Below are positions 38,197 to 49,794 of a stretch of 64,000 nt of DNA, piece by piece. How positions within the stretch are numbered: position 1 is the stretch's first letter; every line of letters begins with the position of its first letter. The stretch comes from Pseudomonadota bacterium (GTDB taxonomy: Bacteria > Bdellovibrionota > Bdellovibrionia > Bdellovibrionales > Bdellovibrionaceae): positions 1 to 64,000 of the forward strand of contig JBEGVH010000031.1 of assembly GCA_041178425.1 (NCBI GenBank). The letters run 5' to 3'. Made by a program: the position numbers and the translations under genes. The notes under the pieces are model-generated. The model saw only the letters and a list, made by a program, of their open reading frames with translations, was not told the origin of the DNA and did not search any database.

Positions 38197-39109
38197 TGAT
38201 CTCCTCTTCCGCTGCCAGCAAACGGGCCAAACCAAAACGAAGCCCTCGAGTAGAAACAGTGATTTGGTTTTTACCAATCACTCCAAGAACTCCAATAAGA
38301 ATCATCACTCCCACGCCTATTACATCGGAGCGCCCCTTAGGAATAGTATAGTTTGCTTCAATCTGTTCAGGTGTCATTGCTAATAGGCGCGAACGCCAAT
38401 TTTCTAGTTCCTCTAGATTAAATGTGTAGCCCTGGATTTTTTCTGGATCGAAGCCACCCAACGCAGCGGCGGCAAGTGTCGTTGGGGTGCCAGCAACGGC
38501 AACCACTGAGCTCAAATCTTGTGTTGTATTTTGTTGGAACCCTGAAAAACTGTTTAAGATTTCGTGTTCAATTTCTTTTTGAACCGACGCCGAAATTGGA
38601 AAATCGGTCACAAATTTCTCTTTTAGCTTAACGACACCGATTTCAAAGCTTTTTTTATAAGTTATATTACCAGCCGCTCCAACAATAAGCTCTGTTGAAC
38701 CGCCTCCAATATCGATCACCAAGGTTTTTTGCAGGAGGTTCGCTCCCGTGAGGGCGCCCCGATAAGTAATTTTACCTTCAAGATCTCCAGAAATTACTTT
38801 TATTGGAATCCCCAGAGATTCACCTATCATGATTAATTGGTCACCGTTAGAGGCTTTCCTTGCTGCAGCCGTCGCGACGGCCAAAATTCTATCTGGAGAG
38901 TATTTTTTAATTTCCTGGCTGAAGCGCTCCAGACAAAGTCGCGCTCTTTCAAGTGCCTCTTCACAAAGCCTGTTAGACTCAGCCAAACCTTGGCCGAGTC
39001 TAACAACTTCAACTATATCTTTTTGAATGCTGATTTTACCCTCGTCATCGACATCTGCAATTAGACAAAGAAAGGTATTTGACCCGAGGTCGAGGGAGGC
39101 GACTCTCAT
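38189..39109 (-). CDS. ppx: Ppx/GppA phosphatase (short form)
   Basis: DLGSNT, VATAAAR.A.N, IDIGGGSTE, GLR.G. Confidence 0.92.
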   Translation of the reverse strand: MRVASLDLGSNTFLCLIADVDDEGKISIQKDIVEVVRLGQGLAESNRLCEEALERARLCLERFSQEIKKYSPDRILAVATAAARKASNGDQLIMIGESLGIPIKVISGDLEGKITYRGALTGANLLQKTLVIDIGGGSTELIVGAAGNITYKKSFEIGVVKLKEKFVTDFPISASVQKEIEHEILNSFSGFQQNTTQDLSSVVAVAGTPTTLAAAALGGFDPEKIQGYTFNLEELENWRSRLLAMTPEQIEANYTIPKGRSDVIGVGVMILIGVLGVIGKNQITVSTRGLRFGLARLLAAEEEIND

Positions 39110-39113
39110 CGAT

Positions 39114-40547
39114 CTAGCCTTTGAGCTTATCGGTTAAAATCTGATTCAATAGTTCCGGATTAGCCTGACCCTGTGTTGCTTTCATCGCTTGGCCAACAAA
39201 AAAGCCAAACAATTTGGTTTTACCCGAACGGTATTCAGCTACCGGACCTGGATTCTTTGCAATAAGGTCATCGATCACGGCCCCAATTGCTCCGGGATCG
39301 GTGATCTGCACTAAACCTTTTTCTTTCACGACTACAGCTGGATCTTTGCTGGTCTTCCACATTTCGGCAAAAACCGTTTTGGCAATCTTTCCAGAAATTG
39401 TTCCTTTATCAATCAATGCAACGAGCTGTCCTAGTTGTGTTGCAGCAATAGGCGATTGCTGAATGGAAAGTTTAGCTTCATTCAATTCTCGCAACAACTC
39501 GGTCATAACCCAGTTAGACGCGCTCTTAGCATTCTGACAAATTTTGACGGCTGCCTCAAAATACTCAGCTAAATCTCTTTCGGTAGTCAAGACTTCAGAA
39601 TCATAGAGAGGAAGACCATACTCCGACTGAAAGCGCTCTAGCTTTTGGCGAGGTAATTCGGGGAGCTCTTCCTTTGCCTTTTTTAAATGGGCGTCCGTCA
39701 GAATCACAGGGAGCAAATCGGGCTCAGGGAAGTAGCGATAGTCTTGCGCGTCTTCTTTTGTGCGCATCGTGAATGTTCGATTTTTGTCTGGATCATAGAG
39801 TCGCGTCTCTTGAACAATTTTTTCTCCTCGTTCAACAGCTTCAATTTGTCTCTCAATTTCGAAATCAATCGCCTTCTCAACAAACCTAAATGAATTGATA
39901 TTTTTAATTTCTACTCGAGTTCCAAACTTGGTGTCGCCCATTTTGCGGACACTCACATTGCAGTCACAACGCATGGATCCTTCTTCAAGATTCCCGTCGC
40001 AAACATTAAGGTATCGAAGTATTTGACGAACCGTCCGCGCATATTCCCCAGCTTCTTTGCCCGTGCGCAAATCTGGCCCCGACACGATTTCCAAGAGCGG
40101 TATGCCGCTGCGATTGAGATTGATAAGAGTGTAGTCTCCTTGGTGCGTCGACTTTCCCGCATCTTCCTCAAGGTGAGCGCGAGTGATCGAGATTCTCTTG
40201 GTCGCACCATCTAACTGAAGGTCGACAAAACCATGCTCGCAGATTGGCAGATCATACTGAGAAATTTGGTAGCCCTTTGGCAAATCGGGATAAAAATAGT
40301 TTTTCCGAGAGAAAACTGATTTGCGTCGAATCTCACAGTTTAGTGCCAATCCAGTACGGATCGCATAATCGATTGCTTTTTTGTTTATAACCGGGAGAGC
40401 CCCGGGCATTCCAACGCTCACTGTTGAGGTGTTCTCGTTGTCGCCGGCCTCAAACTCAGTCGAGTCCATGCTAAACATTTTCGTTCTAGTTTTTAATTGC
40501 GCGTGAATTTCTAGGCCAATAACAGCCTCATATCCGTTAGATGACAT
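39114..40547 (-). CDS. gatB: Asp/Glu-tRNA amidotransferase subunit B
   Basis: IGLEIHAQL, RKNYFYPDLPKGYQISQ, LEEDAGK, DYRYFPEPDL; start ATG 40547 with AGGAG SD. Confidence 0.99.
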   Translation of the reverse strand: MSSNGYEAVIGLEIHAQLKTRTKMFSMDSTEFEAGDNENTSTVSVGMPGALPVINKKAIDYAIRTGLALNCEIRRKSVFSRKNYFYPDLPKGYQISQYDLPICEHGFVDLQLDGATKRISITRAHLEEDAGKSTHQGDYTLINLNRSGIPLLEIVSGPDLRTGKEAGEYARTVRQILRYLNVCDGNLEEGSMRCDCNVSVRKMGDTKFGTRVEIKNINSFRFVEKAIDFEIERQIEAVERGEKIVQETRLYDPDKNRTFTMRTKEDAQDYRYFPEPDLLPVILTDAHLKKAKEELPELPRQKLERFQSEYGLPLYDSEVLTTERDLAEYFEAAVKICQNAKSASNWVMTELLRELNEAKLSIQQSPIAATQLGQLVALIDKGTISGKIAKTVFAEMWKTSKDPAVVVKEKGLVQITDPGAIGAVIDDLIAKNPGPVAEYRSGKTKLFGFFVGQAMKATQGQANPELLNQILTDKLKG

Positions 40548-42009
40548 TTGGTCTCCTATCAGAAATATTCGCAGCGGCCTCGAGTGCTGAAGCAACGGCA
40601 AAAAGTTTCTCTTCTTGAAAGTGGGTCGCAGTGAGCTGGATTCCGATTGGCATTCCCTGGGCTGAGAATCCAAACGGCACGCTCATTCCGGGGAGTCCGG
40701 CAAGGTTGGTCGACGTTGTGAATATATCGTTAAGGTACATTGCGAGCGGATCAGAAATTCGCTCACCAATCTTAAATGCCGCTGTCGTCGATACCGGGCT
40801 CAAGATGACATCACATTTTTCGAAAGCAGACTGAAACTCTTGAGTTAATAACCTTCGAACCTGACCAGCTTTATTGTAGTAAGCATCGTAATACCCAGAA
40901 GAAAGGGCATAGGTCCCAAGCATAATACGACGTTGAACCTCTTCACCAAAACCTTGCCCTCTATTCTTGCAATAGAATTTTTCAAGCTCAACCGCAGATA
41001 GATTTTGATAATCAGCTCTGTAACCATATCGTACCCCATCGTAACGAGCGAGATTACTCGAGGCTTCACTGGCAGCAACGAGATAGTAAATAGGGACCGC
41101 ATACTGGGTTAACGGAACTTGCACTTCAACAACCTCAGCGCCGAGAGACTTAGCTGTAGCAATTGCATTTTCGACGGTCTTTCGAACATCCGCACTGATC
41201 GCATCGGTTTCATATTCACGAATCAATCCTATTTTCATTCCCTTGAGGTCTTTGCGAAGACTCTGTGTGAACGTGGGAACTGATTTCTGGCTTGACGTGG
41301 AATCGTGTATGTCGTGACCAGAAATAACCTCCAACATTTCCGCAGCATCTGCGACCGTTGACGTCATTGGGCCTGCCTGATCCAAACTAGAGGCATAGGC
41401 AACTATGCCGTAGCGACTGACTCTCCCATAGGTTGGCTTAATGCCAACTATTCCGCAGAAGCTCGCTGGCTGACGAATTGAACCACCCGTGTCTGTTCCA
41501 ATACTTGCCACGGCTAATCGAGCCGCCTGGGCCGCCGCTGACCCACCACTTGATCCTCCCGGAACACAATCTAGGTTCCATGGATTTTTAACAGAACCGT
41601 AAAATGACGTTTCATTGCTGGAGCCCATGGCAAACTCATCAAGATTTGTTTTGCCAATGACTAGTGCTCCTGCTTTTTTTAACTTCGCCACAACTGTGGA
41701 GTCATAGGGCGGAACAAAATTGTTCAACATTTTTGATGCAGCCGTAGTTTTGATGCCCTTGGTACAAAGCATGTCTTTGATGGCCAAAGGGAGTCCCGCA
41801 AGTGGTCCTACATTTTCGCCAGCAGCGATTCGCTTATCCAATTCACGCGCATCATCCATCACCCTCTCATTGACGGTGATAAAAGAGTTTAATTTGGGAT
41901 CGAGTTCCTTGATTCGATTTAAAAAGGCCTCAGATAATTGAGTTGCCGACAACTCTCTTTGTTGAATCTTTTTTCGCAGTTCTGCGATACTTAAATCAAT
42001 AATTGCCAT
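40537..42009 (-). CDS. gatA: Asp/Glu-tRNA amidotransferase subunit A
   Basis: GKTNLDEFAMGSS, PGGSSGGS, DTGGSIRQPA, RRIMLGTYALS. Confidence 0.99.
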   Translation of the reverse strand: MAIIDLSIAELRKKIQQRELSATQLSEAFLNRIKELDPKLNSFITVNERVMDDARELDKRIAAGENVGPLAGLPLAIKDMLCTKGIKTTAASKMLNNFVPPYDSTVVAKLKKAGALVIGKTNLDEFAMGSSNETSFYGSVKNPWNLDCVPGGSSGGSAAAQAARLAVASIGTDTGGSIRQPASFCGIVGIKPTYGRVSRYGIVAYASSLDQAGPMTSTVADAAEMLEVISGHDIHDSTSSQKSVPTFTQSLRKDLKGMKIGLIREYETDAISADVRKTVENAIATAKSLGAEVVEVQVPLTQYAVPIYYLVAASEASSNLARYDGVRYGYRADYQNLSAVELEKFYCKNRGQGFGEEVQRRIMLGTYALSSGYYDAYYNKAGQVRRLLTQEFQSAFEKCDVILSPVSTTAAFKIGERISDPLAMYLNDIFTTSTNLAGLPGMSVPFGFSAQGMPIGIQLTATHFQEEKLFAVASALEAAANISDRRPNVI

Positions 42010-42036
42010 GTTCGATTCCTCTCCAGAAGCTAGTTG

Positions 42037-42318
42037 CTATATAACGGGTGGCACTCGAAATAAGTGACCGATTTTGTCTGGTGCATTTGCCAATATTTCA
42101 TCAGGAGTTAACTCCTGTACGACGTCATCTTCTCGCCAATAAGCTTCGATCTCTGTTGGCGTTACAAGAGGCTCAACTCCCACTGTAGAAACCTGAGCGA
42201 TCTGCTCAAAATGCTTTAGTACTCGAGGAAGTTGTTCGGCATGCTCACGAGCCTTCTCTGGACTCAGTTCCAAGCGCGCCAACAATGCAATTTTCTCAAT
42301 ATCCGCCAAATCAATCAT
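42037..42318 (-). CDS. gatC: Asp/Glu-tRNA amidotransferase subunit C
   Basis: IALLARLE, GVEP, REDD, LANAP, FRVP. Confidence 0.95.
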   Translation of the reverse strand: MIDLADIEKIALLARLELSPEKAREHAEQLPRVLKHFEQIAQVSTVGVEPLVTPTEIEAYWREDDVVQELTPDEILANAPDKIGHLFRVPPVI

Positions 42319-42438
42319 TCGGCCTCCTTCACTTGTTATTCAGGTATTTTGTAACAAAAAAAATACCCGTTTTCATTCTATTGTAGTAGAGCCCCAAAGA
42401 TCTAATGCCTTGCATCTCAAACCTATAAAAAGTATTAA

Positions 42439-44469
<2,031 letters not shown>

Positions 44470-44519
44470 AGACAAGCCCTCTTGCCCTCTCCCCCTCGAC
44501 TTTTTGAGCCTAAAACAAC

Positions 44520-44714
44520 TTAGATGTGGTCAATAATAATATCGCGAGCCATTACGGTCTTGCGACCATCAGCCTTAGCTGATTCAATGCCACGAATGCA
44601 AAGCTGCTCAATCGCTTTACTGAGTACATCTATCGTTTCAGCAGATGTATTCATTTCGCCTTTTTCCTTAATAAACTTTTTTACCTTACTGGTTACTACC
44701 AAAACGTCTGACAT
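44520..44714 (-). CDS. Bacterial histone (Bd0055-like singlet histone-fold protein)
   Basis: 64 aa; VLVVTSKVKK.IK...MNTS...L...A...GRKTVMARD with the histone-fold RKTV..D (R-D clamp) motif; GGAGG SD. Confidence 0.93.
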   Translation of the reverse strand: MSDVLVVTSKVKKFIKEKGEMNTSAETIDVLSKAIEQLCIRGIESAKADGRKTVMARDIIIDHI

Positions 44715-44801
44715 AGTTCCTCCGCCGATGGTTTCACCTATGAATTGAAATACAAAGGAAGACTATTTTCAATAGAAGTTTTGCTGGGTTGCATTTATTT
44801 T

Positions 44802-46754
44802 TTATTCAAAGCTTGCTTGAACGACCTGAACCGAATCACGCTGAGGCTTCACTATTCTACCCAAAGCCCTGCGATTCCTACGAGAATAGACAATTAGGTT
44901 GGGTGAGTCCTGCTCAAGATTGAAAATTACGAAGCCACCACCATTGACGCCCCGCTCAACAGGCTTCCCCGTTGGATCAAAGTAAACAGTTTTTGATTTA
45001 GAGTTCTTATTGGGGATTTCCACAAAGAAATCCTCTCCTTGCACAAACCCAACGATACTACCGGTATCCAACTCTTCATTTATTTTTAACGATGCTCGCA
45101 TTTCCTCGAGCCACTCCCTTGGAATCAAGGGAAGATGAAGATAATCTAAAAGGTGATGATAGCTTAAATGCATTGGCTCATAACCCGCCTCAGGCAAAAC
45201 ATTGATAAACGATATTCCTTTTGTTTTGGGAATCTCAAGCACAAGGGCGCCCGTTGGGTCTAACTCGAAGATGTCGTTTAACTGCTGAACCTCAATTTTC
45301 GCTGGACGAGACTGCCCAGAGAAAGCATCAAAACTTCTTACCGTGATGGAAGCCGCCTCCGTTGGAGTTTCTGCAATGATGTTGGTTACCTTACCCGGGA
45401 AAAGAAGCACATTTTGGTGGTAGCCCTTCCCGTTTGGTAGGCCTATATAGAGATCCTGCCAACCATGCTGGCTCCCAACAATGGTAAACATTCCGTTTTC
45501 TGAGGTTTGCTGCTGAGTGCGATCTGGCAGGTAAAATCCACCAAAATAACTTGTTGGGCCCAAGGAAGAAATCACTGTTGCTCCTTCAACAGGGCGCCCA
45601 CTGGCCTGAATCACACCATAGATAAGTGAATCTCCACGATCCAAATCAAGAGAAATATCGCTTTCATTCAATATCTCGCGAAGCCCCCAGATCATTCGCT
45701 CGGGTAGAAGCATTACATCAGACCCTGCTCCTATATCTACTAAGGCTACCGAATTACGATGATTTTGAGATTGCCCCTCAACCACTAGCTGCGATTGTGG
45801 ATCGAACTCATTCACCTCGTAGTCACTCTCCAAAGCAGAGCCAAACCCCCAGCTCGTTGCAAGACCTAGTGTTGCTTTAAGCTGTTCGGATTTTCCATAG
45901 GCTGAACTCACTCGCACAGGCAACTTTTGAGCCGTTCTTTTTAAAACTAGTTTTGCACCCTTAGCTAATAAAAGATCCGAAACCGAAATTAACCCTTCAC
46001 CTTCGACGCCACCCCTTTGATTGGTTAAACGACCAACAACGACTCCACGGGTGCTATTAACCTTCATCGAAAAGGTTCCACGATTAAGATCAATCGCAGC
46101 CACTTCTTTAGCAACACCCTCTTCAAAACGTCTCACATCAATAAAATGTTTATCCGTAAGGGCAAGACTGCCATCTCGAACAAATTCGATTTCGCCTTCA
46201 ATCGCTAGCCCTTCTTGTCGCTGTAAAGGTGCTTGCTCTGGTTGTTTGTTTTCAGCCAAAACTTCTCTAAGACGGTCACCCAGCGCTTGATTTTCGGTGG
46301 CCGGATGAATGTCCTCTATTTGTAGGCCTCGACGTTCCTTTGCTAATTTTAATCTCAGCTTTTCCTCGTCATTAAAAATATTGGGACCTTCACTGAATTC
46401 TTGGGGTCCGCTATTTGCTGTAATGATTGGTGATTGTGGCTCAACTTGCTCCAGAAAACCAAAACTTAATTCTTCTAACTGAAGCAGCTCAAGTTCAGGT
46501 GGACCAACTTTAAGCTCAATAACTGTATCAGCGTTGCTTTGCTCGATGACAACGCCTTCTTCGTCGAGGATCTCAAGGGCCATGGACGGTGGAAATTTTT
46601 GCGAAAGATTTAAATCTATTTTTTCAACTCGGAAGCCTAGGTCATCGCGACCTAAAGAGGGAGCGTGCAAACAAGTCCATGCCACCAATGCTAAAAGCAG
46701 CAGTGAATGAACTAAGTTTATTTTGCTAAAAAAGCTCCGGTGGTTCATTAACAT
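44802..46754 (-). CDS. Hypothetical membrane-anchored/exported protein with beta-sandwich (carboxypeptidase-regulatory-like) segments
   Basis: 650-aa ORF, N-terminal hydrophobic helix, G.PVEGATV...T.ENG.F motif; start ATG 46754 or 46748. Confidence 0.75.
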   Translation of the reverse strand: MLMNHRSFFSKINLVHSLLLLALVAWTCLHAPSLGRDDLGFRVEKIDLNLSQKFPPSMALEILDEEGVVIEQSNADTVIELKVGPPELELLQLEELSFGFLEQVEPQSPIITANSGPQEFSEGPNIFNDEEKLRLKLAKERRGLQIEDIHPATENQALGDRLREVLAENKQPEQAPLQRQEGLAIEGEIEFVRDGSLALTDKHFIDVRRFEEGVAKEVAAIDLNRGTFSMKVNSTRGVVVGRLTNQRGGVEGEGLISVSDLLLAKGAKLVLKRTAQKLPVRVSSAYGKSEQLKATLGLATSWGFGSALESDYEVNEFDPQSQLVVEGQSQNHRNSVALVDIGAGSDVMLLPERMIWGLREILNESDISLDLDRGDSLIYGVIQASGRPVEGATVISSLGPTSYFGGFYLPDRTQQQTSENGMFTIVGSQHGWQDLYIGLPNGKGYHQNVLLFPGKVTNIIAETPTEAASITVRSFDAFSGQSRPAKIEVQQLNDIFELDPTGALVLEIPKTKGISFINVLPEAGYEPMHLSYHHLLDYLHLPLIPREWLEEMRASLKINEELDTGSIVGFVQGEDFFVEIPNKNSKSKTVYFDPTGKPVERGVNGGGFVIFNLEQDSPNLIVYSRRNRRALGRIVKPQRDSVQVVQASFE

Positions 46755-46860
46755 CCTTGTTGGTGCTGTAGTAACTCCTTTACTACACCTCCTTTAATCC
46801 TAAGGACTCTTTGGGTCTTGGGTCAAATACACCGATCAAGCCAAGACCAACATCCCCTAG
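46751..46860 (-). promoter_or_regulatory. Structured GGA-rich leader with a candidate CsrA site over the RBS
   Basis: Five GGA motifs; ACAAGGAUGU at 46760-46751; hairpin UGUAGUAA-AGGAG-UUACUACA. Confidence 0.4.
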
Positions 46861-46862
46861 CC

Positions 46863-47363
46863 TCACAAATAGGTTTTTGAAATAATCGTTTTTCCTTGGC
46901 CATAAAACTCGACATTAGTCACATTCGTCTGATTCATTATTCTATCCAAGGTCTGGCCCATGATTGGATGATGAAAAGAGCGCCAAACCTCCCAGGCACA
47001 ATAAAGCCAGGAGGTGTCTGCAATCATGTTTGGATGGGGAAGCGTCACCGCCGGTGTTATAAAAACAGTTTGATCGTAAACCATTAAAAAACACTTCATG
47101 GGTTCGATGACTTTCATGGTTTCATCAAAACGCTGTTCAATTTTTTTTAGCTCATCAATAACTTTTTCTGCCGACCACGAGGTGGAGAGTTTTAAAACCA
47201 CCCGTAAATTAGGATGCTCACTTCCAATGCCCGACTGAACGACCGTTGAAGCTGAGAGAATCTCGGCGAAGTCGTTTAACTGATCGATAGTCCAACGGAG
47301 AATGTCCAGCCCTTTCAAAAGTCCGGCTTCAATTCCTACGAGTATTTGTGAACTCTCTTCCAT
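46863..47363 (-). CDS. HPPK (FolK)-fold protein lacking catalytic residues
   Basis: Spacing matches HPPK, with L..IE, TLPHP and E....HP....L retained; PRTLDLD is replaced by PMKCFLM. Confidence 0.6.
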   Translation of the reverse strand: MEESSQILVGIEAGLLKGLDILRWTIDQLNDFAEILSASTVVQSGIGSEHPNLRVVLKLSTSWSAEKVIDELKKIEQRFDETMKVIEPMKCFLMVYDQTVFITPAVTLPHPNMIADTSWLYCAWEVWRSFHHPIMGQTLDRIMNQTNVTNVEFYGQGKTIISKTYL

Positions 47364-47375
47364 GCTAGCCCTTAG

Positions 47376-48077
47376 TTACGAAATGACATCTTCCATTTTG
47401 TATAAACCCGATGGCTTCTGCAAAAGCCATTGAGCAGCGACCATCGCCCCTCGAGCAAATACCGTACGATTGATGGCTGTATGTTCAATTTGTAGAATTT
47501 CTTCATCTGAGACAGCGTACACTTTGTGAACACCAAAAATTCCTCCTCCCCTCATGACCATCGGAGGGGGACATGCTCTTCCGATCACGCTCTCAAGTTC
47601 CTGCTGCAGATGAATTGCTGTTCCACTCGGTCGATCTTTCTTGTGCCGATGATGCCACTCCTCAACTTGAAAATCGAAGTCCTTGGTAGCTTTAAAAACC
47701 TTAAGGGCATTCTTCATTACGGCAATTCCAAGGCTCATGTTTGGCGCCCAAAGTACTGGAATAGCAAGGGAGGCCTGCTTGAGCGCATGATGTTGATTGG
47801 AACTGAGACCAGTTGTGCCACTGACGAAAGGGATTTTATTTTCTACGCAAAACTCAAGCGCTTTATCAAAAAGTTCGGGAGAAGAAAAATCGATTATAAT
47901 ATCAACGGACCCTTTTTCCACCTGAGAAATCGAATGAACATTTTGTCTAAACCCGTCTGCTTTGTGTCCTACACCACTTGCCGCTACAAAGCTTTCAGAT
48001 TGATTAATTAAAGATAACAACTCTAATCCTACGCGCCCCCCAGCCCCGATCACACAAACTCTCGATGGCATTATCAT
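47376..48077 (-). CDS. dapB: 4-hydroxy-tetrahydrodipicolinate reductase
   Basis: GAGGRVG, IDFS, GTTG, PNMSLG, EWHHRHKKD.PSGTA, FARGA. Confidence 0.97.
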   Translation of the reverse strand: MIMPSRVCVIGAGGRVGLELLSLINQSESFVAASGVGHKADGFRQNVHSISQVEKGSVDIIIDFSSPELFDKALEFCVENKIPFVSGTTGLSSNQHHALKQASLAIPVLWAPNMSLGIAVMKNALKVFKATKDFDFQVEEWHHRHKKDRPSGTAIHLQQELESVIGRACPPPMVMRGGGIFGVHKVYAVSDEEILQIEHTAINRTVFARGAMVAAQWLLQKPSGLYKMEDVIS

Positions 48078-48937
48078 AGTAGACCAACCTTTTCGAGTTC
48101 GCCACGAAGCTTAAGGGCATTTAGTTCCTCTAATTCGCAGAGTGGCAAGCGCAATTCGGCCGATCCAATTATATTCATGAGTTGCAATGCTTTTTTTACG
48201 GGAATCGGATTGGCTTCACAAAATAGAAGATTAATCAGAGGCAAATAGCTTTTATAGCTCACGTCGAGACCCTGCGATTCGATGAGTGAAACAAAGGCTT
48301 TTGGAATAATATGGCTCGCCACGGAGATAACGCCGTGGCCTCCGGCCTGCAAAAATTCAGCATAGGTACCATCATCACCCGAAAGCATTATAAATTCTTT
48401 TCCACATGACTTAATTATTTCTTTAGCAAATTCAATGTTCCCAGAGGCCTCTTTGATTCCAATGATGTTTTTGTGTTGGGATAACTTTTGGATGCTCTCA
48501 ATCGAGAGAGATGAGATGGTCCGCGAAGGCACATTGTAGAGAAGCACTGGGACACCCACCGAACTGGCTACGGCTTCAAAGTGAGCCACCAATCCCCGCT
48601 GAGGTGGCTTATTGTAGTAAGGCACCACTACTAAAAGTGCATCCGCTCCAAGAGCCTCTGCTTTTTGACTGATTTCAATTGTCTTCTTCGTTGAATTTGA
48701 GCCCGTTCCCACAATTAGGGGGATGCTTTTGCCAACTCTTGCTTTGGTGAAATTAAAAATCTCAACCACCTCGGACCATTCAAGAGTGGGGCTCTCTGCG
48801 GTAGTTCCATTGACAACAAACCCTCCAACGCCTGCTGCGAGTTGCTGTTCAATGAGTTTGCTTAAAGATTCAAAATCAACCTTTCCATCCCGAAAGGGGG
48901 TGACCAACGCAGTGAAAGTCGTCTTCAAATTTTTCAC
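48074..48937 (-). CDS. dapA: 4-hydroxy-tetrahydrodipicolinate synthase
   Basis: ALVTPF, GTTAES, PYYNKP, YNVPSRT, GIKEASG, NPIPVK. Confidence 0.98.
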   Translation of the reverse strand: MKNLKTTFTALVTPFRDGKVDFESLSKLIEQQLAAGVGGFVVNGTTAESPTLEWSEVVEIFNFTKARVGKSIPLIVGTGSNSTKKTIEISQKAEALGADALLVVVPYYNKPPQRGLVAHFEAVASSVGVPVLLYNVPSRTISSLSIESIQKLSQHKNIIGIKEASGNIEFAKEIIKSCGKEFIMLSGDDGTYAEFLQAGGHGVISVASHIIPKAFVSLIESQGLDVSYKSYLPLINLLFCEANPIPVKKALQLMNIIGSAELRLPLCELEELNALKLRGELEKVGLL

Positions 48938-48972
48938 AGAAAAACCTTTCTTTCGATTAAAAATTATCAGTC

Positions 48973-49794
48973 CTAGTAGAGCTCAACTTCTTCGTCGAGA
49001 CCAGCTGGGCCAGTGAGCCAACAAAACTTTTTAGAGCTATCAAGATCGACTCTCAATAAGCCGCCCGGAGTTTGAACTTCAAGAGTGTTCTGATTGGCGT
49101 CGGCACCTTGGAGCTGAGAGAGTGCCATAGCAACAACCCCTGTTCCGCAAGAAGCCGTAAAATTTTCAACTCCTCGTTCAAAGGTGACTCCGGCCAAGCC
49201 CTCTGGGCTTCTTCTAAAAAAACTAACATTAGCGCCAGCACTTCCAAAGTCAGCGTGATAACGAAAGTGTTTTACCAAGGGAAGAAGTGACGACCTTTCA
49301 AGAGATTCAACCTCAATGACCGCATGAGGAACCCCGGTATTAATGTAGCTATATTTTATGTTCTTAGAATCAATTTTTTCAATGTCCCACAATTTATAAA
49401 TTTTGTGCTCAGGCATCTTCACGCTGAAGTTTCCATTTTCAAGAATCTTTACCTCAACGACACCAGCGATGGTTTTAAACGATACTTTGGGCTCCGTAAA
49501 GTTGGCATACGACCTTACGTAGAAGGCCATGCATCTAGCCGCATTGCCACACATTTCGGCGGAGGAGCCATCTTTGTTATAAAAGTCCCAAATAAAATCG
49601 ACGGGTTCGTTTGGTTCATGTTTTTTAACAATCACAAAGCCATCTGCGCCCGATCCGAATTTTTGGCACGCTAACTGAGCGAGCTCGGAGGAATTAAGCC
49701 CCCGAAGGGAAGCAGGAAGGGTATGTTCTCTAAGCTCTTTATCCGAGATGAAAAAAAACGTGTTCTGGGTGGCGCTAAGGCGACGAAAATTCAT
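48973..49794 (-). CDS. dapF: Diaminopimelate epimerase
   Basis: GADG, N.DGS.AEMCGN..RC, GVPHAV, ERGV..T.SCGTG. Confidence 0.95.
   Translation of the reverse strand: MNFRRLSATQNTFFFISDKELREHTLPASLRGLNSSELAQLACQKFGSGADGFVIVKKHEPNEPVDFIWDFYNKDGSSAEMCGNAARCMAFYVRSYANFTEPKVSFKTIAGVVEVKILENGNFSVKMPEHKIYKLWDIEKIDSKNIKYSYINTGVPHAVIEVESLERSSLLPLVKHFRYHADFGSAGANVSFFRRSPEGLAGVTFERGVENFTASCGTGVVAMALSQLQGADANQNTLEVQTPGGLLRVDLDSSKKFCWLTGPAGLDEEVELY

Noticed and set aside
40548..40673. N-terminal extension of gatB in the ORF track (also rho to 35611, ftsK to 54020, DUF192 to 38277)
   Set aside because: Longest-ORF artefacts; SD positions and homology favour downstream starts
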